This document shows, one piece after another, positions 26,331 through 37,734 of a stretch of DNA of 64,000 nt. The notes beneath the pieces are model-generated. The model was not told the origin of the DNA. It worked only from the letters and a program-made list of their open reading frames with translations, and ran no database searches. The DNA lies in the NCBI GenBank assembly GCA_964016885.1, contig OZ024741.1, positions 202,182,001-202,246,000 on the forward strand, in the 5' to 3' direction. The position numbers and the translations under genes were made by a program. The DNA is from Eledone cirrhosa (Eukaryota). Positions within the stretch are counted from its first letter, which is position 1. Every line of letters starts with the position of its first letter.

Positions 26331-26849
26331 AGAAAGGGGAATTTGGAGCATGGCATTGTACCTGTTGATTTTTCTGTGCCTGAAATGAAGAAACCGGTTT
26401 GGCAAGACACCCAGTTATGTTTGAAGGATTCATGATTATGATGAATTCATCTGGCTTTTAACTGACCTATATAACTAAATAGACATTGCGTCACTCACTA
26501 TAAATTACTAGCCTCAGGATTGTGACAATATTACATTTTGCTGTTTTATTACTACTGTTGTTTGATTGGTCTACCTGGAGTTGGTGTTGCTATTGTTGAT
26601 GTTGATGGTGGTGGTAATGGAAGGTGGGAGGTACTTGAGTCAGAAGATAGATAAGATGCATGTTTGAGGACTTCCTATCAGATTCATTAAATAGATCATC
26701 TAATCTACGAAGGTATTTTAGCCTACATATTGTCGTTAATATTATGATGTTCCCTGCTGTATTAGCGTTAAATTTTCTAGGGTTTCTCTTAGTTTTTTTC
26801 ATGACGTTATTATTGTTAATTTTACTGATGTAGTATTAACTTGGATATT

Positions 26850-29800
26850 TACCATGCGACCCTCAGTTCCTACCTCACAATTTCCCTCCCCCCCACCCCC
26901 ACACACCACCATAGTCTATTCGACCAATCAAACCTAGCATGCCATTTCCACTGCTGCTGCTGCTACTACCTGCCTAACTAACTCTCTCCTCCTCTGGCGC
27001 ATCCCAACACACCCTGCCATTACCCCACCACCACTGTCCTTCTAGCCCTCAATTTTCCCACCGTTATGGATGGATGAGCTGGGAATACACGAGCAACTCT
27101 GAATCAATAGATGAAATATGAATCTGCGAGCTACCAAGCACCCACGTGAAGCGCCAACCCAGAGACCCTCCCCTACGAGTGTCGACAAATGCCCAAAACT
27201 CCGAGTTGGTACCATCAATGTAGGCTCAATGAAAGGAAGAGCAGGAGAAATCGTAGAAATGCTAGAGCGAAAGGAAGTTGATGTATGCTGTGTGCAAGAG
27301 ACTAGATGGAGAGGAGGGTCTGCTAGAGTCCTTGTAGGAAAAAGCCAGTGCTACAAATTTTTCTGGGTGGGAAATGACGATGGGATGGGTGGTGTAGGTA
27401 TACTATTAGCTGACAAGTGGGTAGATAAAGTAATCTCAGTGTACAGGGTAAATGCAAGAATCATTAAACTCAGACTAGTCCTGAATAAGACAATTACCAC
27501 AATAATTTCAACTTACGCACCCCAATCGGGGCTGCCAGACGAACTTAAGGATAGGTTTTACGAGTCCCTAATACACACTACTGCTCTAACAGACGACAAG
27601 GACTTCCTAATCATTGCAGGAGATTTTAACGGACACGTAGGTAAACACTGCGATGGCTTCAATAGAGTACATGGAGGCCATGGAGTTGGTACAAGGAATG
27701 AGGAAGGATTCAGACTTCTAGAATTCTGCGACGCCAATGACATGTCGATATGTAACACAAACTTTAAAAAACCCGACAACCACCTGATCACCTATAGATC
27801 AGGGGAGCACTCTAGTCAGTTAGATTTTATCCTCATCAGAGGACGTGACAGATGGACGGTCGTAAACACAAAAGCCTTCCCTAGTGAGGAATGTACATCC
27901 CAACATAGCTTAGTTGTCAGCGACCTCACGGTCAGAACTAGACGAGCCCTGAAACAGAGGCCAACCTGGAGAAGAAAGATCTGGAAGCTGAAAGTCCCCT
28001 CAACCAGTAACAGATTTAAAGATATTTTACTCAACGCCTACGACAGTAAAGAAGAACAGATAGAGACATTTAACGTAGAAGAGAACTGGGAGTTCCTAAA
28101 AAATAACTTACTAGAGGCGACGGATGAGATTTGTGGCTGGAGTAAGACCTCAAGCAGGAGGAGAGTGACTTGGTGGTGGAACAATAAGGTAGATGAAGCA
28201 GTCAAGGCCAAGAGACAGGCATGGAAAGAATGGAAGAACGGGGGGAGCAGGGTACATTACATAGAGACCAAGAGGGAAGCTAGGCGACAAGTATACTTAG
28301 CTAGGAGGGAAGCAGAGGATAGAAAATTCAAGCATGTTTTACAACGTGAGGACCAGAAACAGGAGGTATTCAAGATTGCGAGGCAGTGTGTCAGAGATAG
28401 TTGTGATGTCATTGGAGAGAAGTGTATCCGGAATGATAAAGGTGAGCTTGCCCTCACAAGTGCTGAGAAGAAAGATGCATGGAAGAGTCATTATGATAGA
28501 TTACTAAATGAGGAGAATGCATGGGAAGAAGAGACCCTACCCCACGTAGACCCTATAGAGGGACCAGCAGTACAAGTCAGCGGCAGCGTAGTAAGTAAGG
28601 CAATCAGAGATATGAAGATAGGGAAGGCAACCGGTCCATCGGGTATAGCTGCCGAGATGCTGAAGGCATCTGGGTCTGTAGGTCACACTATAACCACACG
28701 TATCGTTAACCAGGTAATACTAGAGGGGGCCATACCAAAAGATTGGTGCAGTAGCATCATTGTCAACTGCTACAAAGGTAAAGGCGATGCACTAGATAGA
28801 GGAAACTATAGAGGTATAAAGTTGATGGACCAGGTCATGAAAGTAACAGAAAGAGTTATAGCACAGCTGATTAGGGACCGGGTGAATATAGACGAGATGC
28901 AATTTGGGTTTGTACCAGGGAAAGGCACCACTGATGCGCTCTTCCTTGTGAGGCAATTACAGGAAAAGTACCTAGCTAAAAGTAAGCCACTCTACTTGGC
29001 ATTTGTCGACCTTGAGAAAGCCTTTGACAGAGTTCCACGTGCAGTAATCTGGTGGGCTCTTAGAAAACTAGGAGTAGATGAATGGCTTGTGAAAGCGGTA
29101 CAAGCCATGTATAGGGGAGCAGTCAGCAAAGTTAGGATTGGCAATGAGTATAGCGAGGAATTTAGCGTACAGGTTGGGGTCCACCAGGGCTCTGTTCTTA
29201 GCCCTCTCCTGTTCATCATAGTCCTGCAGGCAATAACGGAGGAGTTTAAGACCGGATGCCCATGGGAACTCCTGTATGCTGATGACCTCGCACTCATAGC
29301 TGAATCTATGGTAGAACTAGAGAATAAATTCCAAACCTGGAAGCAGGGACTAGAGAGAAAGGGCCTCAAAGTCAACATGACAAAGACTAAGGTCCTTATA
29401 AGTAGACGAGAAAACAGAACCCAGATCCCCTCAGGGAAATGGCCTTGCTCAGTATGTAGGAAAGGTGTAGGTAGGAACTCCATTCTTTGCCCCAAATGCA
29501 AACAATGGGTACACAAGAGATGTAGCGGGATCTCAGGAAGCTTAATTAAGAATGTAGGATTCACATGCAGCAGCTGTGCTGAAACAGCAAGCAAACAGCC
29601 ACAGGAAACAAGTACCACCAATCTCTGGGAGGGCCCTGTAGAAACAGTAGACAGCTTCTGCTACCTAGGTGACCGAATTAGCAACGGAGGTGGGTGCTCA
29701 GAAAGTACAATAACTAGGGTAAGAACGGGATGGAAGAAGTTTAGGGAACTACTACCACTGCTAGCTGCAAAAGGCTTCTCCCTCAGAATGAAAGGCAGAC

Positions 29801-30542
29801 TGTATGATGCGTGTATCCGAACAGCGATGTTGCATGGTAGTGAGACCTGGGCGCTGAAGGTGGAAGACTTACGTAGATTAGAGAGAAACGAAGCCTGCAT
29901 GCTCCGATGGATGTGTAACAGTAATATACGTGAACGACAAAGCATAAATGAATTGAGAGAGAGACTGAGCATAAGAGGAATCAAATGCTGCGTGCAGGAG
30001 AGGCGGTTACGCTGGTATGGACATGTGATGCGTATGAAGGATGACAGCTGCATAAAAAGGTGCAGAGCACTAGAAGTTGATGGAAACCGCGGAGTGGGGA
30101 GACCCAAGATGACTTGGGATGAGGTGATAAAAGCCGACCTTACCCAACTACACCTCTCAAAGTCAATGACACACGACCGTGACTTCTGGCGTCACGCAGT
30201 AATACAGGGTACCCGACCTCCCATGGGTACATGCTGAAGCATATAAACAATATGCCCCCCCCCCACCCCACCGCAAGGTGGTCGTGGAGGTGCCACGGCA
30301 AAAAAGCACCCAGCCCACACTGTAAAGTGGACGTGTAGGCGCCACGAAAAAGCACCCAGCACTCACTGTAAATGAGGTTGGTGTTAGGAAGGGCATCCAG
30401 CTGTAGAAATCAAGCCAGATCAGTTCCTGTATGAGCAAGGCATGGTCAGCCGACCAGACACTGCCCACAACAGGACAACCCGTCTAACCCATGCTAGCGT
30501 GGAAGAACGGACGTAAAACGGTGATGATGATGATGATGATGA
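26850..30542 (+). mobile_element. Full-length RTE-clade LINE (5' boundary approximate)
   Basis: C-rich 5' UTR, single long ORF, ~290-bp 3' UTR, (GAT)n tail; no TSD resolved. Confidence 0.92.
27118..30237 (+). CDS. RTE polyprotein: APE endonuclease + reverse transcriptase + PHD-like zinc finger (1039 aa, uninterrupted)
   Basis: VGTINV, CVQET, GDFN, SQLD, SQH (APE); QGSVLSP, YADD, YLG (RT); CSVC-CPKC-HKRC-CSSC. Confidence 0.95.
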   Translation: MNLRATKHPREAPTQRPSPTSVDKCPKLRVGTINVGSMKGRAGEIVEMLERKEVDVCCVQETRWRGGSARVLVGKSQCYKFFWVGNDDGMGGVGILLADKWVDKVISVYRVNARIIKLRLVLNKTITTIISTYAPQSGLPDELKDRFYESLIHTTALTDDKDFLIIAGDFNGHVGKHCDGFNRVHGGHGVGTRNEEGFRLLEFCDANDMSICNTNFKKPDNHLITYRSGEHSSQLDFILIRGRDRWTVVNTKAFPSEECTSQHSLVVSDLTVRTRRALKQRPTWRRKIWKLKVPSTSNRFKDILLNAYDSKEEQIETFNVEENWEFLKNNLLEATDEICGWSKTSSRRRVTWWWNNKVDEAVKAKRQAWKEWKNGGSRVHYIETKREARRQVYLARREAEDRKFKHVLQREDQKQEVFKIARQCVRDSCDVIGEKCIRNDKGELALTSAEKKDAWKSHYDRLLNEENAWEEETLPHVDPIEGPAVQVSGSVVSKAIRDMKIGKATGPSGIAAEMLKASGSVGHTITTRIVNQVILEGAIPKDWCSSIIVNCYKGKGDALDRGNYRGIKLMDQVMKVTERVIAQLIRDRVNIDEMQFGFVPGKGTTDALFLVRQLQEKYLAKSKPLYLAFVDLEKAFDRVPRAVIWWALRKLGVDEWLVKAVQAMYRGAVSKVRIGNEYSEEFSVQVGVHQGSVLSPLLFIIVLQAITEEFKTGCPWELLYADDLALIAESMVELENKFQTWKQGLERKGLKVNMTKTKVLISRRENRTQIPSGKWPCSVCRKGVGRNSILCPKCKQWVHKRCSGISGSLIKNVGFTCSSCAETASKQPQETSTTNLWEGPVETVDSFCYLGDRISNGGGCSESTITRVRTGWKKFRELLPLLAAKGFSLRMKGRLYDACIRTAMLHGSETWALKVEDLRRLERNEACMLRWMCNSNIRERQSINELRERLSIRGIKCCVQERRLRWYGHVMRMKDDSCIKRCRALEVDGNRGVGRPKMTWDEVIKADLTQLHLSKSMTHDRDFWRHAVIQGTRPPMGTC

Positions 30543-30559
30543 ATCCTAGCTACTTCTGA

Positions 30560-30975
30560 TAACCATCTTGCCTGCCTCTATTCTGTCTCCAGTCAAAATG
30601 TGTCACATGGCTCAATTTGGAGCCCTCCTTATCAACCAGTACCCTTCTTGATGTACTTGCATCAGAATGGCCAAGCGCTTCAGCCTTTGCATGCGTGAGC
30701 TCCACAAATGCCATTGCAGAGTTGTTGACGAATTCAATCTGCACCTGCTATCCTGCTGCCATGCCACAGGTCAGTTCCCTCGACACACTGCTCTGATTGA
30801 CATAATCAAAACGAGCCTTCACATAGCCAGCTTCCCATTACAGCTTGCACTAACTGGCCTTCACTGTGATGATGGTAAGTTTCCAGACAGGATAACTCTC
30901 TTCCGATTCAAGGGAGGTAAATCCTTAATCTGGGATGCCATGTGCTGTAACATTTCTCCACCTCCAACCTTGTCG
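30560..30975 (+). mobile_element. CRE-like non-LTR fragment (RLE endonuclease region)
   Basis: HLLSC...RHTALIDIIK...DGKFPD...SLIWD. Confidence 0.75.
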
Positions 30976-31567
30976 CTTAAGCCGCAAGGATATAAGGAAG
31001 AAAGAATGGAGTGAGATGTCAAGATGACGAAAGATAGAGACATGATATATGTATGATTCAAACAAGAGCATGAGAACTAGGGCAGGGCTCATGTATGAGG
31101 ATTCCTACAAGGTTCTATGAATTCAAATATAATGAAATGAAATGTTGAATTAAAAGACAGCTAGTACACAAGTTTGAGGGTTTCCTACCAGATTCATTGA
31201 ATAAATAAATTATTACTTAGAACTAAATATAGTTAGAAATAACAATGAAAATAGGTTATTACCAGAGGAAAATTTTTAGATATTCACATACTGTTTGCAA
31301 CATAAGTAACAGCTAGTTGGAAAAGAATCAAGTGGAGAGTGAGAGGGGTTCTATTTTTTTCATATATGATATAGGGAGGTAGAGAGAGGGTGTCTAAAAC
31401 ATACATGGAAAGCCTGACATGCTCCCCAATATACTGTCAATATTTTGTTAAGATGAGAACTTTTTAGTGTTGTTTCTGTAGGTATGTGAAACAGATTTCA
31501 CTATACTGAAAAATTTGTTATATTGTACTTATTATAACTGAGAGTTTAACCTCTTGAGTGAGTATAT

Positions 31568-32507
31568 ATGAATGTATGTATAGTATATTTGCCAATATAC
31601 TGTATGTTTAATTAAAAACATTTAGAAGACCATACGTTATCAGCTTTAAAGTAGTGACTATGTCACTTACTTCTTTTCGGCAAAAGATGAGAGAGAAGCT
31701 GACAGTCTATTTGAAGCTGGTTGGCGTTCATCAGAGCTACAGACTCCCCTGCTTCTGCCGAAAATTATAGAAGCTGGATTCTTATAGAATTCCAGTAATA
31801 ATCAGGAGCTGATTATACAGTACAATTGCCGGTCCAACAAAAATTAGGTATTAGGATTGGTGCTCTGAAATAGCGATGTATACATGAATGTATGTATAGT
31901 ATATTTGGCAATATACCGTATGTTTAATTAAAAACATTTAGAAGACCATACACTATCATTTTTAAAGTAGTGACTATGTCACTTACTTCTTTTTGGCGAA
32001 AGAAGGGAGAGAAGCTGACAGTCTGTTTCAAGCTGATTGGCGTTCATCAGAGCTACAGACTCCCCTGCTTCTGCCGAAAATTATAGAAGCTGGATTCTTA
32101 TAGAATTCCAGTAATAATCAGGAGCTGATTATACAGTACAATTGCCGGTCCAGCAAAAGTTAGGTATTAGGATTGGTGCTCTGAAATAGCGATGTATACA
32201 TGAATGTATGTATAGTATATTTGGCAATATACCGTCAGCTCCTGATTATTACTGGAATTCTAATAAGAATCCAGCTTCTATAATTTTCGGCGGAAGCAGG
32301 GGAGTGCGTGGCTCTGATGGACACCAACCAGCATGAAACAGACTGTCAGCTTCTCTCCCTTCTTTCACCGAAAAGAAGTGACATAATCACTACTTTAAAA
32401 CTGATAGCGTATGGTCTTCTAAATGTTTTTAATTAAACATACGGTATATTACCAAATATACTATACATACATGTATACATCGCTATTTCAGAGCACCAAT
32501 CCTAATA
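31568..32507. repeat. 316-bp tandem array (starts 31568, 31884, 32200) plus inverted copy 32235-32507; retrozyme-like
   Basis: ATGAATGTATGTATAG at exact 316-bp spacing; TA-rich flanks; hammerhead motif in each complete copy. Confidence 0.9.
32005..32065 (-). ncRNA. Type I hammerhead ribozyme, intact core
   Basis: GGGGAGUCUGU-AGCU-CUGAUGA-ACGCCAAUCAGCUU-GAAA-CAGACUGUC/AGCU-UCUCUCCC; predicted cut between 32017 and 32016. Confidence 0.8.
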
Positions 32508-32544
32508 CACAATATATATATATAAGGAAACAACACAATTCTCA

Positions 32545-32822
32545 GAGCGGGCGATGTGTTGTTTCCTTGAGCAAGACACTTTATTTCACATTGCTCCAGT
32601 TTACTCAGCTGTAGAAATAAGATGATAGGACTGTGGTCCCTATCATTCCACTGCAAAGTGGTCGTGGAGGTGCCACGGAAAAAAAAGCACCCAGCACTCA
32701 CTGTAAATGAAGTTGGTGTTAGGAAGGGCATCCAGCTGTAGAAATCAAGCCAGAGTCAGTTCCCGTCCCACCCTTGCAAGCATGGAAAAGCGGACGTAAA
32801 ATGATGATGATGATAATGATGA
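32545..32822 (+). mobile_element. SINE (family S2) with RTE-derived 3' tail, 5' truncated
   Basis: TCCTTGAGCAAGACAC core, then sequence near-identical to parts of the RTE 3' UTR (30272-30430) and a (GAT)n tail. Confidence 0.75.
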
Positions 32823-32832
32823 ATATGATATA

Positions 32833-33694
32833 TCTGTATATATATAAAGACAAAGTTTTCTGTGTGTGTGTGTGTGGACAATTTTTAATGAGGGCTCATA
32901 TATTCTAAACCATTCATGCGATTTCTTTGAAATTTTTTACAGAGCTTCTCCTTGCACAAAACCTGTACATGATCTACAAAGGCTTTCAAAAATTGATATT
33001 GGGGCCTTTGCAGACATTAAAAAAGTTTTGGTTATTTGTGTGAATTTTCGTGATTAAGTAAGACAAGAGTTATCTTTCGTAATTCGGCTCATTCGGATTT
33101 TAATTTAGTCTTTGTACTTGAAACAAAAGGTACGCTTCCTTGAGACTAACAATATCATTTTGTATATTTCACAACCAGCAATTTCTAACAGATTACTAAG
33201 TTAAGTTATAGATATGACATTGTATAATTTATCGTTTCAAGCTTGATGTTCATACATTAAGTGATGTCATAACTTTTACAATATTATGCTTTGTACATAA
33301 TTGTTTCTACATTTGGCACAAGGCCAATAATTACCCAGTGCATTACTGGTACTTTATTTTATCAACCCCGAAAGGATGAAAGGCAAAGTTAAGCTCGGCG
33401 GGATTTGAACTCAGAATGGAAAGGACCGTAACTCTATGCATCAAAGCATGGCGTCTGACCCTCTACCGATACTGCCAATAGTGTCTATTATTCACTTCAC
33501 TTCTCTATTTCATGATGCGCTTTTACTGTTGTCAAAAAAGACACCGAGCTCACATATTATTTCGCTGGAATAGTGCCTAATGTTTTCATGTTTACATAAT
33601 GTACGTTTTTCTTCTATGTATTCAAATTTACTTGGTTTAGTTTAATGAGCTACATCGAAAGCTACTTGAACTGTCCAAAGGATGGGTAGTTTAG

Positions 33695-33700
<6 letters not shown>
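32833..33700 (+). mobile_element. Possible non-autonomous Helitron-like element with nested SINE S1 (33299-33480)
   Basis: TC-TGTATATATATAAAG start followed by (TG)n; degenerate hairpin + CTAA end before (TA)n. Confidence 0.45.
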
Positions 33701-33736
<36 letters not shown>

Positions 33737-33759
33737 TAATGTACTTCATTGACATCTAC

Positions 33760-35240
33760 CTCCTTTATAGACTCAGAGAGGAAATCCTAGCACTGCCAAC
33801 CATGCCTATCCACCCCAACACCACAGGTGGTCACGGGTGTTTGACCCAACAGGGACCTGAACCTGCTCGACTCGAACGGGTGTCTGGTGATTCCCGCCTC
33901 AGGCAGTCGCAGAGAGTGATCCCCAGGTCTGCCCGCACTCCTGTGTCTGAAGTGCTAATGACTTCAATCAACTGAGTGCTTGACTCTGGCGATCCACAGG
34001 ACTGGACCAGACTGTTCAGTTTTGCTACTCTCATACTCGGGATCCCGTTGGTGGGGAACCCGATGGTGAGAGACAGATCTGGCTCCTCCCTGGCTTTGAG
34101 GCTCAAGGGCAATGCCACCTCTTTCTGCGAGCCTCTCGTGCTGCCCACCAGTGCAAACACAATGATATCAGTCCACTCACGACAGCACAAAACATCTCCG
34201 GGACAGAGTCGACCTCAAACTAATTGGGGGTGATGTTTCAGTGGGTATTCATGTGCTGGCCTCAAGTGATGCTGTGCTCCCACCAACACCGGATGTTTTG
34301 TCAGTACTCTGCCTCAAACATCCAGACCTTCCTGCTGACATCAGGGATGCTCCAACCTGGCCAGCAATCTCTCCCCAGCAGCATCCAGCAAGGACCTGGT
34401 AGGTGCCCTAAGATGTTTTCCTGTTAGCAGTATTGGTGGAGTAGATGGCTTGTACCCCGGTCACCTCCAAGACCTCATCTTGTCTCATGTGGTGGAAGCA
34501 GGGGCCCAAGCTTCACCACCCTCAGGAAGAATGATGGAGGCATCTGCCCCATCGCGATGAGTAATGTCTTCCGATGACTTGCAGCCAAGATAGCTTGCAA
34601 GACAGTCAAAGACAACCTGAGCTAGGTGCTAAGCCCTGTCCAGCTCGGAGTGGGAATCAAGTGCGGTTGTGAGAGCACAGCTCATGTGGCCAGACACTTC
34701 ATAGAGCAGCCTCTGTCTTGCTGCCATAGTGTAAGCTGGTTCCCCCAACATGCCGCTCTCAACAACATATTGAGAAGAAGCCTGGACGCAGCTGGCTTTC
34801 CATCTCAACTGGGGCCAGCAGGCCTAGACTGTGGAGATAGATGGCAAGCACCTCGATGGAATCACCCTCTTCCGATTTGAAGGAGGTAGATCCCTCATCT
34901 GGGACACCACCTACTGCGACATGTTCTCCAACTTAGTTGCTTTGGCCACAAACACTGGCATTGCAGCTTCACTCGGAGAAGAACGTAAAATAAACAAATA
35001 CCGGGGTTTGTCCAGTCACTTCCTCTTCGCACCAGTCGCCATCAAAACCTCAGGCATACTTGGACCCATACTGCCGAGCTCTTCCACAAGATCGGAGCAT
35101 TGGCAATCCGTCTGAGGAGGGAGCTCCGCGAGGTTGGGTGGCTGTTGCAGCAGGTGTCACTGGCCATCGTCCTGGGCAATGCTTTTGCTGTCTTGTCATC
35201 GGCGCGCAGCACCTCTGGCCTCTAGCCCTAGGTCCAAAGC
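33760..35240 (+). mobile_element. Degenerate, deleted CRE-like non-LTR element
   Basis: LSPVQLGVG, HAALNNILRR, DGITLF...LIWDTT, FAPVAIKTSG; a further fragment lies at 44330-44430 (-). Confidence 0.8.
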
Positions 35241-35730
35241 CCAATCACTCCTCCCCTCTTTTCTGCAACATCAGAGCTCTTGCCATCCCCTTCTCTTCCA
35301 AGTCTTTTTATTCTTTCTTTTTCTTTTTTATTTCTATATTTCCCTATTCTTTCTTTCCTTTTGTTTCCCCCCCTTTTTTTTTTTTTCTTACTAAATTTTA
35401 TTTTAAAAATAAACATCTATGTAATTCTATCAATGCAACATTAACTAAGAGAGCAAAACAAGGAAAACTATATTTGGCCACTTAAATTTTTAATGCAACA
35501 CACCTACCTCCCTCATTGTTATGGCTACAATCTTAGCTTAGCTAAAATCAAAAACAGCAACAACACTAGTGACCGATGTTACTAGCCTTGGAAAAAAAAA
35601 GGAAAAAACAAAAACAAAAAGTCAGACATTTAAACATTACAATGACAAACCACCACCGCCACTACGACTACTACCACTGAAAAATGAAAATGATAATAAT
35701 TTGTTGATGTTGATGCTGCTGATGATAATG

Positions 35731-36170
35731 GTTGTTTCTACTTTTGGCACAGGGCCAGCAATTGCCCCAGTGAATTGCTAGTGCTTTGTTTTGTCGACCC
35801 CGTAGAGGTGAGGAGCGGGGTTGACCTCAGCTGGATTTGTGCTCAGACCATAAATGGTAGATGCTGATGATAATAATAATTGTTTCTACTTTTGGCACAA
35901 GGCCAGCAATTACCCAGTGCATTACAGGTACTTTATTTTATCGACTCCATAAGGATGAAAGGCAAAGTTAACCTCGGCGGGGCGGGATTTGAACTCAGAA
36001 TGGCAAGGGCCGTAACTCTATGCATCAAAGCATGGCATCCGACTCTCTACCGATACTGCCAAATTATAATAATTGTTTCTACTTTTGGCACAAGGCCAGC
36101 AATTACCCAGTGTATTACTGGTACTTTATTTTATCGACCCCGTAAGGATGAAAGGCGAAGTTAACCTCGA
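35731..36170 (-). mobile_element. Cluster of three SINE S1 copies (35731-35850, 35878-36063, 36071-36170)
   Basis: TTGTTTCTACTTTTGGCACA 3' ends repeated, in (TAA)-rich sites. Confidence 0.85.
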
Positions 36171-36379
36171 TTTATAAACAGGACTCACATTAAGAAAACA
36201 TTAAAGATAGATGAATGTCACATAAATTGTCCCGAAACTTAAAGTTTTCTTTTTTTTTAACGTAATGGTGTCACGCTAAAAACACTGGTGTTGGGGCAAC
36301 CTTAAATTCACTAACCCTTGATATGAGTGTTTAAATATCAAACCTAAACAGTTCGAATATCACTGAAAAGGAGGCTGGA

Positions 36380-37660
36380 ACTTCATGTGAAAAATTCTCA
36401 CCCAGCAAGTGCTCCCTGGCCCAGCAGCAGAGACCTGGCTGTCATCCAAATACTGCTTGGTGTTGAGGAAAAAGAAGGAATGGGGCAAGAACCAACTGGA
36501 CGAAAGAATTGAATAGAACTGTCATGAAATGTTACCTGATGAGTAACCCCATGGAAAAAGGCTATAGGAAACGGATGCATAACATCTGGGACGAGATTGG
36601 TCTATTTAAATTAGGTGAACAAAAATTGGTGGGTCAGGTTCGTGTAATAAGAACTAATGGATGGATAAGCAAGTTGAAACTAGAGGAACTGAGCAAATGA
36701 GCCAGTGGGAAATGAGGGTGAAGAGTTTGAGAGAGCTGAGGAAGCAACCGAAGCAGACAATGATCAGAATGCTGAAATAAATAACATCTGGAACAAAGCT
36801 ACGGCCATTGAGGAAATGAATGCATTGAGGACTGTGTTCAGATAGATAGAGAAAAGCAGCCTGCACAAATATTATGTCCAAGGAGGAAATAACAACAAAG
36901 AAGAAGAGCCACCTTCATGAAAAATCCCTACATAGTACCTTCTTTAAGAAAACGGAATTCAGAGATCCACAGACATAGAGCTGATTAAAAAGAGGAGACC
37001 TTAAAAAAGCTACAGAAGGAATGCTAATGACTGCACAAGAGCAGGCCCTCAGAACGAAGTTGGTGAAACACCATATTGACAAGGAGGAGGCTAGCTCAGT
37101 GTGTAGGATCTGTGGAGAGAAAAAGAGGAGACTGTGGCTCACATCGTATCCGAGTGTAAACACTTAGCCCAGACTCACTATAAAGGCACGATATAATAGG
37201 AAAGATGATTCAATGGTATTTATGCAAACTAAATAATTTACCACATTCTGAGAAATGGTATGAGCATAAGCCAGAGTCACTGATAGAAAACGATCAAGTG
37301 GAAGTGTTATGGGATTTCAGGATACAGACATTAGAACACAATAGGCCTGACCTGTGCCTGATTGTAGATGTAGCCTGTCCCTTTGACATAAGAGTGCAAG
37401 AAAAGGAAAAGGAGAAAATTAACCGATACCAGGATTTAAAGTGGGAGTTAAAAAGTATTTGGGACTGTCATGAGATCAAGGTCGTCCCGATTGTCATAGG
37501 AGCACTAGGTACTATCTCAAAGAGTTTTCAAGGATAGTTAAAGAACATTAGTCCAGCCCCCTGTTCAAGAACCCTCCGATACGTCCTGAATATCTGAAGC
37601 TGCAGGTAGTGGCTTGATGTTCATTTGAGCAAACTTTCCAGTTAAATAACATCAATGACT
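36380..37660 (+). mobile_element. Internally deleted R4/Dong-type element
   Basis: N-terminal VMKCYLMS..GYRKRM..W fragment joined to an RLE region similar to 39470-40330; ends in (TAA)n. Confidence 0.85.
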
Positions 37661-37663
37661 GAG

Positions 37664-37703
<40 letters not shown>

Positions 37704-37734
37704 TAATGAATGTTATAATGATAATAATAATAAA

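Noticed and set aside
28992-30107. Long antisense ORFs over the RTE, R4 and Gypsy coding regions
   Set aside because: Shadow frames of transposon ORFs.
31568-32507. CRISPR array or ordinary satellite
   Set aside because: Eukaryotic context, no unique spacers, only about three units with an inversion.
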